From positions 13,322 to 77,321 of the forward strand of contig CAWHCF010000051.1 of NCBI GenBank assembly GCA_963827655.1: a stretch of 64,000 nucleotides of DNA, written 5' to 3'. Both the position numbers and the translations under genes were made by a program. This DNA is from an uncultured Acidobacteriota bacterium (GTDB taxonomy: Bacteria > Acidobacteriota > UBA6911). Positions 50,753 to 57,696 of the stretch are shown one piece after another (within the stretch, counting starts at the first letter, position 1; every line of letters begins with the position of its first letter). The notes under the pieces were generated by a model, which saw only the letters and a list, made by a program, of their open reading frames with translations, did no database searches and was not told the origin of the DNA.

Positions 50753-50847
50753 CGCAGGATTGCTGCGGGCGGGGCGTCAGCGTCTTTGGGGTTAGCGGCG
50801 GTTCTATGGTAGTTTTACTGCTGCCCCCGGATCGGGAGGATTGAACG

Positions 50848-51807
50848 ATGTCGGCCAGAAAGCTCAAAGTAGAGAAAGAGCTCTTTTACACCTACCTCCG
50901 CCAGAACGGCTTGAAGCGGACGCACCAGAAGGACCTCATCCTGGAGACCTTCCTGAGCACCGAAGGACACCTGAGCGTGGAGGATGTGTATTCCCTGGTG
51001 AAAAAAAAGGACAAGAAGGTTGGCATCGTCACGGTGTTCCGCACCCTCAAATCTCTCACCGCGTGCGGCATTGCCAGGGAGATTGCCCTGGGAGACGGGC
51101 TGACGCGCTTCGAACACAGCTATCATCATCCGCACCATCATCATATCGTCTGCACCGAATGCCACAAGGCGATCGAGTTCGTTTCCCCGGAACTGGAAAG
51201 CATCCAGGCGGAAATCGTTCGCAAGTACCACTTTCAGGCGATTCATCACCGGTTTCAGATTTACGGCTTGTGTGAAGATTGTCGTGAGCACCGTCCGGTG
51301 CCGGCGTCGCCCAGGCTCGACACGGAAAAAATCTTTGCCCGCGACGCCCTGAAGATGGCGATCTGCATGGAGAAACGGGGCATCGAGTTTTATCGCGAGG
51401 CCTCGAGCCGCAATCGGGATGCTGCGGGTCGCGAGATCCTGGCGCGAATCGCCGAAGAGGAGGAGCAGCATCTCGCCGCTCTGCAGGAGGAGCTTGATAC
51501 CCTGAACCGGCAGGAACGAGGTCTGGAACAGGCGCCGATCTTTCTACACTTCGATCCCTGCGATCTCGAACGCCTGGTGCCTGACTTGAAGCAGCATGAA
51601 GTGAATGGAGAGTTCAGGCTTGGGGCGCGCCGCTCGCTGGAGCTCGCCATGATGCTGGAAGAAAGCGCCGCCGGGTTTTTCAAGGATTACGCGGAGAAGT
51701 TCATGGAGACTCGAGGGAAGAAGATCTTCGAGCACTTCGCCGAGGAAGAGCGGAAGCACTACGAATCGATCAGCCGGCGCGCCGCGGACATGCTCGTGGC
51801 CACCTGA
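50848..51807 (+). CDS. Fur-family regulator fused to a rubrerythrin/ferritin-like domain
   Basis: HLSVEDVY, TVFRTL, HHHHIVCTEC, YGLCEDC; C-terminal EKRGIEFY..EEEEQH..EESAAGFF..EEERKH. Confidence 0.88.
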   Translation: MSARKLKVEKELFYTYLRQNGLKRTHQKDLILETFLSTEGHLSVEDVYSLVKKKDKKVGIVTVFRTLKSLTACGIAREIALGDGLTRFEHSYHHPHHHHIVCTECHKAIEFVSPELESIQAEIVRKYHFQAIHHRFQIYGLCEDCREHRPVPASPRLDTEKIFARDALKMAICMEKRGIEFYREASSRNRDAAGREILARIAEEEEQHLAALQEELDTLNRQERGLEQAPIFLHFDPCDLERLVPDLKQHEVNGEFRLGARRSLELAMMLEESAAGFFKDYAEKFMETRGKKIFEHFAEEERKHYESISRRAADMLVAT

Positions 51808-51844
51808 CCGTGGTCGATCTCGACTAGCAATAGCGAGCGAGCCT

Positions 51845-52002
51845 CATACCGTTGAGAAACCGCTGGCGAAGCAAGCTTCGCCAAACCAAGGCGGTAGCAA
51901 CAGGCCGTGATCGGCCTTTGCTTAGCGCGCCGGCCGTTTGGTTGATGCTGGTGCTTCGGCCAGGCCCGGACGGCCTGCCTCGGAACGTTCTGCGACAGTC
52001 TC
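51845..52002. repeat. Degenerate palindromic element related to the 48864 and 56910 family
   Basis: TGGCGAAGCAAGCTTCGCCA hairpin (cf. 56980 TGGCGAAGCTTGCTTCGCC); end TGCGACAGTC shared with 49036..49045. Confidence 0.45.
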
Positions 52003-52067
52003 ACCAGACCGGCGCTGTCTGCTTTGACGAGAACACTGAGCGGCTGACGTCGAGACAGTCACTCGTG

Positions 52068-52829
52068 TCAGATGCCGGCGTACCAGGAATAGCCGGCTGA
52101 AGGCGCGCTAGAACCCAGTCCATCCCCGATTCCCTTTGCGCTATCCGTCACTGTAATTCTGGAAAGATACTTGAGATTCTTGTACCCGAGCTGGCGGGTT
52201 ACTTTCAAACGGAGCGGCGCGCCGTGATCTATGGGCATTTCCGGGCCGTTCATGGCGTACGCCAGCAGCGTTTGCGAATGCAGTGCGTCGTCCATGTCGA
52301 GACTGTCCCACCAATTATCGAAGCTGAAGAAGAACACATACCTGGCCTGCGGAAGCATTCCCACGAGTTCCAGCACGTGCGAAAGAGGCACACCGGTCCA
52401 TTCTGCAATGAAGGACCATCCTTCCTCGCAAGCCTGGTGCGTGATGTGGCTGCGGGACGGCAAGTCCCTCAACTCGGCGAGAGAAAACGCACGGGGACGA
52501 GCGACCAGGCCGTCAATCGTGAGCCGCCAGTCAGCAAATCCGCCGGCGAGCAGCCGTTGATAAGGCTCCGTCGTAGGCGCCTTTCCGTTCACCGGAATCA
52601 CTTTCGAAATCTGGCTGCGGTCGAATTCGCGCGCCATCGAAGGAAGCTTGGTGAGGAGCCGCTGCCCCGCATACGTAAGCGTCTCGCTCAGGCCATAAAT
52701 GCCGCGGCAATTCGCGGGAATTAGCCCGTAGCGATCCGCAACCCGCGCTGCAGCACCCAGTGCCCCAGCGCCGGCGACGGCGCCGATGCCTGTTTTGATC
52801 AGCTTTCGGCGAGAGATTTTTCCATTCAC
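52068..52829 (-). CDS. Molybdopterin-dependent oxidoreductase (MsrP/sulfite oxidase family) with Tat signal
   Basis: ISRRKLI, HQACEEGWS, HGAPLRL, GYKNLKYL, YSWYAGI. Confidence 0.9.
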   Translation of the reverse strand: MNGKISRRKLIKTGIGAVAGAGALGAAARVADRYGLIPANCRGIYGLSETLTYAGQRLLTKLPSMAREFDRSQISKVIPVNGKAPTTEPYQRLLAGGFADWRLTIDGLVARPRAFSLAELRDLPSRSHITHQACEEGWSFIAEWTGVPLSHVLELVGMLPQARYVFFFSFDNWWDSLDMDDALHSQTLLAYAMNGPEMPIDHGAPLRLKVTRQLGYKNLKYLSRITVTDSAKGIGDGLGSSAPSAGYSWYAGI

Positions 52830-53572
52830 GACAGCTCCTTTCCTGCGGCGCCCGCCGGTGCAGCGCCGCGTCCCGTGATCATGGCTCTCATCCGCATCTT
52901 GAACCCCGTCTGCCAGACCATCGCAACGTGGACAAGAGTAAAGAGCACCAGCGCGCACGACACAAAGAAATGAATCGTCCGCGCGCTTTGCTGTCCGCCG
53001 AATGCCGTCACCATGAACGGAAACACGGACGTGACCGCAGGCGACATTGCCAGCCCTGTCCAGATCATTAGCGGAAGAAAAACGAAAACGACGGCGGTGT
53101 AGCTGACCCGTTGCAGGATGTTGTAGCTTGCGAGTTCCTGCTCGCTGGAACGCTTGAAGCGCAGGTGATTGCTCACCACACCCGAGATCGCGCGAAGCCT
53201 AAGCTCGCCTCGCGCGGGCAGCAGGTTCCTGGTGAAGTGACGCGTCACCACGCCAGTCAAAACATACACGAGCCCAGTGAAAACAATCACCCACGCAGAA
53301 AGAAAATGAAGATAGCGGCCCGGGCCGCGGATCGGCACATCCAGCACGAACGGCAGCGGCAAGTCGATCAGAGAAGGGCCGCCCACCGCCCCGGTTTCGC
53401 CCCAATAAAGCCGTGGGTGCGCGAGAAGGATGGCAATTCCGCTGACCACGAGCACCGCAAAATTTACCGCCGAGATCCAATGCGTGATTCGAATCAGAGC
53501 AGAATGCCGCGGCGCCTCCAACTGCTCATAGGCGCGAAGAGCGGCTTGCGGAAGGTAAGTAGAGTCTGCCAT
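52826..53572 (-). CDS. Cytochrome b membrane subunit (Ni-hydrogenase cyt b-like), partner of the Mo enzyme
   Basis: RITHW, YLHF, YNILQR, ARTIHF, LVHV; 4-nt overlap with the Mo enzyme gene. Confidence 0.88.
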   Translation of the reverse strand: MADSTYLPQAALRAYEQLEAPRHSALIRITHWISAVNFAVLVVSGIAILLAHPRLYWGETGAVGGPSLIDLPLPFVLDVPIRGPGRYLHFLSAWVIVFTGLVYVLTGVVTRHFTRNLLPARGELRLRAISGVVSNHLRFKRSSEQELASYNILQRVSYTAVVFVFLPLMIWTGLAMSPAVTSVFPFMVTAFGGQQSARTIHFFVSCALVLFTLVHVAMVWQTGFKMRMRAMITGRGAAPAGAAGKELS

Positions 53573-53663
53573 AGGGAACGCGAACGGAGCAAAAGTAGCA
53601 GGAAAACTCACCGACAGGCAACAAAAACCCGCACCCAGACGGGCTCGACTTACAAGTTACACC

Positions 53664-53857
53664 GTTGCGCGGCTGCGCCCTGAAGTCACTATTCGTCAGG
53701 CGCAGGCTGAAATGGACGCCATCGCCGCGCGGCTCCGTCCGCTGCAGACGCCTATCTCGCCGGACCGCCCGTGATGGTGCGCGAAGTGGTAAAGGTGCTC
53801 AACTCAAAAGGCATCGGGAAGGAACGAATTCACTACGATGCGATTGCTGTCCGGTGA
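53664..53857 (+). pseudogene. Chimeric remnant: ADOP/ABC permease fragment joined to a ferredoxin-reductase C-terminal fragment
   Basis: 53664..53735 = VARLRPEVTIRQAQAEMDAIAARL; 53744..53857 = ADAYLAGPPVMVREVVKVLNSKGIGKERIHYDAIAVR*. Confidence 0.7.
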
Positions 53858-53890
53858 GTGGGCCATCACGGCGAGTCGATCCTACGCGAG

Positions 53891-53931
53891 AATGACAAAT
53901 GATAAATGACCAATGACCAATGATAAATGAC
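53891..53931. repeat. AATGAC(C/A) heptamer tandem array (STRR2-like), directly after the glcD stop
   Basis: AATGACA AATGATA AATGACC AATGACC AATGATA AATGAC. Confidence 0.9.
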
Positions 53932-55373
53932 TAGACCCACACGCCTTCGGGCAGCCGTTGCGGGTTCCAGCGCCCGGCTTCGCCGCAACCGGCACGCTGG
54001 GGAAGCACCTTCTCGGGGTTGCACAGTCCCTCCGGATCGAATGCGTGCTTCACCTTCAGCATGGCCTCCAGATCTGGTTCCGAGAACTGCCGGCCCATGA
54101 GGTCGCGCTTGTCGAGTCCGATGCCGTGTTCTCCACTCAGGCATCCACCGACGGCCACGCAGGCTTCGGTGATTTCGGCGCAGGCGGCCAGCATGCGCCC
54201 GGTCTCCTCCTCATTCTTTTCATCGTACAGAAGGATCGGGTGGAGGTTCCCGTCGCCGGCATGAAACACGTTGGCCATCCGGATCCCGTGTTTTTGCCCA
54301 ATCGCGTAGACACTGGCCAGAACCTCCGGAAGCCGGTTGCGCGGCACCACGGTGTCGGTCAGGTACATGTTGGGACTGAGGCGTCCGCATGCGCCGAATG
54401 CGCCTTTGCGGCCCGCCCACAAAGCGGCCCGCTCTTTTTCGTCGCGCGCCACTCGAATTTCAGTGCAGCCGTTGTTGCGGCACAGCTCGCGAATCTGATC
54501 CTCACGGACACTCAGTCCGGCGTCGAGCCCGTCCAGCTCGATGAGAAGGACGGCGCCGGCGTCACGCGGGTATCCCGCCCGGTAGCTCGAATCCTCCACG
54601 GCCTGGATGATCGCGCGGTCCATCATTTCCAGAGCCACCGGCACAATGCCCGCGGCCACGATGTCGGTGACGGTCTGAATCGCGGGCATCACCTCCTGGT
54701 AGGCGGCGAGCAGCGTCCGCGTTGCCGGAGTGATGCGAACCAGCCGCAGACGGATCTCGGTGGCGATACCGAAAGTTCCCTCGCTGCCGACGAAGACGCC
54801 GCACAGATCGTACCCCGGCGGGTCGGCGGCCGCGCTTCCGAGGCGCATCGCGTCTCCGTTGCCGAGCACGACGGTCAACTCCAGGATGTGGTTCACCGTG
54901 GTGCCATACTTCAGACAGTGAGGCCCGCCGCTGTTTTCGGCTACGTTCCCTCCCAGCGTACAGGCGACCTGGCTCGAGGGGTCGGGCGCATAGAAAAAGC
55001 CGTGGGGCGCAACCCGCCGGGACACTTCCAGGTTAATCACGCCGGGCTGGACCACGGCGGCGCGGTTGTCCTGATCGATATCCACGATCTCCTTCATGCG
55101 CGAGGTTCCGATGATCATTCCGCCCCGGACCGCCGTCGCTCCGCCGCTCAAACCGGTGCCGGAACCGCGGGCGATGAAAGGCATATCGTAGCGCCGCGCC
55201 AGCTTCAGCAGCCGGGAAACCTGTTCGGTGGAATCGGGCAGAACCACGAGGTCCGGCATGGACCGGTGGAAGGTCAACCCGTCGCATTCGTAAGCCAGGA
55301 GCTCCTCCGGGTGGTTCAAGACCTGGGAGGCCCCGACAATTTCTTCCAGCTCGCGAAAGAGTGTTGCGGGCAT
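53931..55373 (-). CDS. glcD: FAD-linked oxidase, glycolate oxidase subunit GlcD-like
   Basis: RGSGTGLSGG, YAPDPSSQ, GGNVAENSGGPHCLKYG, GSEGT, HAGDGNLH, GEHGIG. Confidence 0.9.
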   Translation of the reverse strand: MPATLFRELEEIVGASQVLNHPEELLAYECDGLTFHRSMPDLVVLPDSTEQVSRLLKLARRYDMPFIARGSGTGLSGGATAVRGGMIIGTSRMKEIVDIDQDNRAAVVQPGVINLEVSRRVAPHGFFYAPDPSSQVACTLGGNVAENSGGPHCLKYGTTVNHILELTVVLGNGDAMRLGSAAADPPGYDLCGVFVGSEGTFGIATEIRLRLVRITPATRTLLAAYQEVMPAIQTVTDIVAAGIVPVALEMMDRAIIQAVEDSSYRAGYPRDAGAVLLIELDGLDAGLSVREDQIRELCRNNGCTEIRVARDEKERAALWAGRKGAFGACGRLSPNMYLTDTVVPRNRLPEVLASVYAIGQKHGIRMANVFHAGDGNLHPILLYDEKNEEETGRMLAACAEITEACVAVGGCLSGEHGIGLDKRDLMGRQFSEPDLEAMLKVKHAFDPEGLCNPEKVLPQRAGCGEAGRWNPQRLPEGVWV

Positions 55374-55380
55374 GAATTGC

Positions 55381-55389
55381 ATTATACCA
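55381..55389 (-). promoter_or_regulatory. Extended -10 directly upstream of the glcD ATG (leaderless)
   Basis: Minus strand TGGTATAAT-GCAATTC-ATG, no SD. Confidence 0.55.
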
Positions 55390-55474
55390 ACCTTTTGCGT
55401 CTTCGCGTCCTGGTGGTATCGGTTCCGCCGTTGCCTGGACTTGTGCCCGGGTTTCCGCTAGAATCCGGACTCTG

Positions 55475-55966
55475 ATGAGACAACAACCACTCGGGTTTCT
55501 CGAACGCCTCTACATCATCGAAGTGGTTCGAGGATTATTCCTGACCGCCAGACACTTCTTCTCCAATTTTTGGCGACACGTGCTGCGGGCCTTTGGTTTC
55601 AAGGTGGGCAAGGGCCAAACCGTTACCTACCAGTATCCGGAGGAGCGCCGCCCCTTTGCCAAAAGGCTGCGCACGCGCCATCGGCTGACCCGGCGCGAAG
55701 ACGGCACGCCGCGATGTGTCGCATGCATGATGTGCGAGACCGTCTGTCCGGCGCGCTGCATCCACATCATCGCCTCCGAGCACCCCGACCCCAATATCGA
55801 AAAGGTGCCCAAGGTCTTCGACATCGATCTCGGAGTCTGCGTATTCTGCGGCTTCTGCGTGGAGGCCTGTCCCGAAGATGCCATCCGAATGGATACGGGC
55901 ATCGTGGAGCTGGCCTCGTACACGCGGGAGGGGATGATCTACCGCATGGATCAGCTGCTGGGCTGA
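55475..55966 (+). CDS. nuoI: NADH-quinone oxidoreductase subunit I
   Basis: VTYQYPEE, CVACMMCETVCP, CVFCGFCVEACP. Confidence 0.92.
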   Translation: MRQQPLGFLERLYIIEVVRGLFLTARHFFSNFWRHVLRAFGFKVGKGQTVTYQYPEERRPFAKRLRTRHRLTRREDGTPRCVACMMCETVCPARCIHIIASEHPDPNIEKVPKVFDIDLGVCVFCGFCVEACPEDAIRMDTGIVELASYTREGMIYRMDQLLG

Positions 55967-55990
55967 GGCACGACCGCAAACGCAGGGGCT

Positions 55991-56846
55991 TTATTTTTCG
56001 ACCAGGACGGCGCTGCCGAGACTGGCGGCGGGCTTGAGGTGGCGCAGCGCTTCCTTCAGGGGGCGGACCTCGAGGTTCTTGCGCACGGCGACGAGTTCCG
56101 CCGCGATGCTGATTGCTATCTCTTCCGGGGTCTCGGAACCTATCTCGATTCCAACCGGCGCGAAGACGCGCTCGAAGTTGCGCGGATCGATGCCCTCTCG
56201 TTCCAGGGTCTCGTACAACAGGCGGGTTTTTCGCCGGCTCCCCAGCAGGCCGATGTACTTGGCCGGCGAGAGAACGGCGAAGCGGAGGCAGGCGAGATCG
56301 TAATTGTGGCCTCGGGTCGCAATCAGCAGATAGGAGGAATCGTTGACGGGAAGTTTTTTGAACACCTCTTCCCAGGGTTCTATGTAGATCTCGTCGGCAT
56401 CGGGAAAGCGATCGCGGCTGGCGTACTTGATCCGATCGTCTACCACGGCCACCTTGAAGCCAATTCCCTTGACCACGGGCTGCCACGCGCTGGCCGACAT
56501 GACCTGCTCCAAAGATGAAAAGAGTCGGATCGGGAAGAATGGGCTCCAGGTACACCTCCATGACACCTCCGCAGAGCAGGCCGCTTTCTTCCGGGTCATC
56601 CTCGGTCAGATCGAAGCTGAGCAGCTTTGGTCTCTCGAGGCGCATGACCATGAGCGCCTCGCGGCAGACTTCGGCTTCCGTGCAGCCGCCGCCGATGCTA
56701 CCGACCTGGTGGCCGTCCTCATAGATAAGCATCTTGGCAGCGTCTTTTCGAGGCGTGGAGCCTTTGCGCACCACGATCGTAGCCAGAGCGGCCCTGCGCC
56801 CGCTGCGGCGCAGCTCGACAATCTCCTGGTAAATATCCCGGGACAT
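55991..56846 (-). CDS. xdhC: XdhC/CoxI family Moco-insertion chaperone (frameshift near 56485)
   Basis: GSTPR..AKM, GSIGGGCTE, CGGVM, FGAGHV, ATRGH..D, YIGLLGSRRK, APVGIEIGSETPEEIAISI. Confidence 0.9.
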
Positions 56847-56909
56847 AGAACGCCATTATGCCGCAGGAATAGCGTAAGCCGCAAGGGTAGCGAAGAGCCG
56901 CTGCGATTT

Positions 56910-57667
56910 GAAGCTGTGAAAAAATTGAGCCTGTGGCGCGGAAGACTCATGTGGCGACGGGTCATCAGACCCGTTGCGTGGCGAAGCTTGCTTCGCCCGG
57001 CTTTGTCCCGGAGGGACAAAGGATATTAGCCGGTGATGAAATCACCGGGGGCGGATGACGTGGTCTAACGCGCCCTGGCAGGGCGCGGGACGAGCCCTGT
57101 ATCCATGCCGTCGAGCTTGTGGAACCGCTTCCGGGTCCTGCGCCCCGCCAGGGCGCATTGGTTGGTATTGCTCCTCCCCGGTGGTTTCACCACCGGCTAA
57201 TTTCCGCTGTCCCTCCGGGACAGACGCTGCCGCCGTACAGACGTTCCCTGACCTTTACCTTTAACTCCTCATGGACAACATAATCATTGGAAAATGCTAT
57301 TAAGGCAGCTCAGAGCGGGAAATGGCCAAACTTGAGGCGACGGGTCATCAGACCCGTCGCAAATAACATGATCGGGAGGATTTAAGCATCGAAACGTTTA
57401 CAGGGGCGGGACGGTGCTTATAGCCAGTCCGCAATGATCGGAGGTTTTTGCCATGGCTCTGATGAGGCTGTTGAAAAACTCAGCACCGGATATGGCTCAG
57501 ACACTCTTCCAGACTGATGTGGCGACGGGTCATCTAGACCCGTCGCAAGATAACATGATCGGGAGGATTTACCCTTAAAAAGTTCGTTTTGTGCCACCGG
57601 GGGCCGGACGGGCTTGATAGCCCGTCCGCACATGTATTGGGCACGTCTATGCTTTTCGCAACCTGCT
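56910..57667. mobile_element. Tandem cluster of three REPIN/MITE-like elements
   Basis: G(T/A)GGCGACGGGTCATC(T)AGACCCGT(C/T)GC at ~56951, ~57334 and ~57518; partner hairpin CGGACGGGCTTGATAGCCCGTCCG at ~57605 (degenerate at ~57408); ends AGGCTGTTGAAAAACTC...GCTTTTCGCAACCTGCT. Confidence 0.75.
57005..57221. mobile_element. Nested 217-bp palindromic MITE-like element
   Basis: 46-bp terminal inverted repeats (41/46) that are themselves palindromic, plus inner IR GCGCCCTGGCAGGGCGC / GCGCCCCGCCAGGGCGC. Confidence 0.8.
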
Positions 57668-57696
57668 CCGGAACGATGTATCGATCTGGTCGACCT

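Noticed and set aside
56910-57667. CRISPR array
   Set aside because: Only three palindromic repeats with very unequal spacing (about 380 and 185 nt), shared flanks beyond the repeat, and no cas genes. It fits REP/MITE better.
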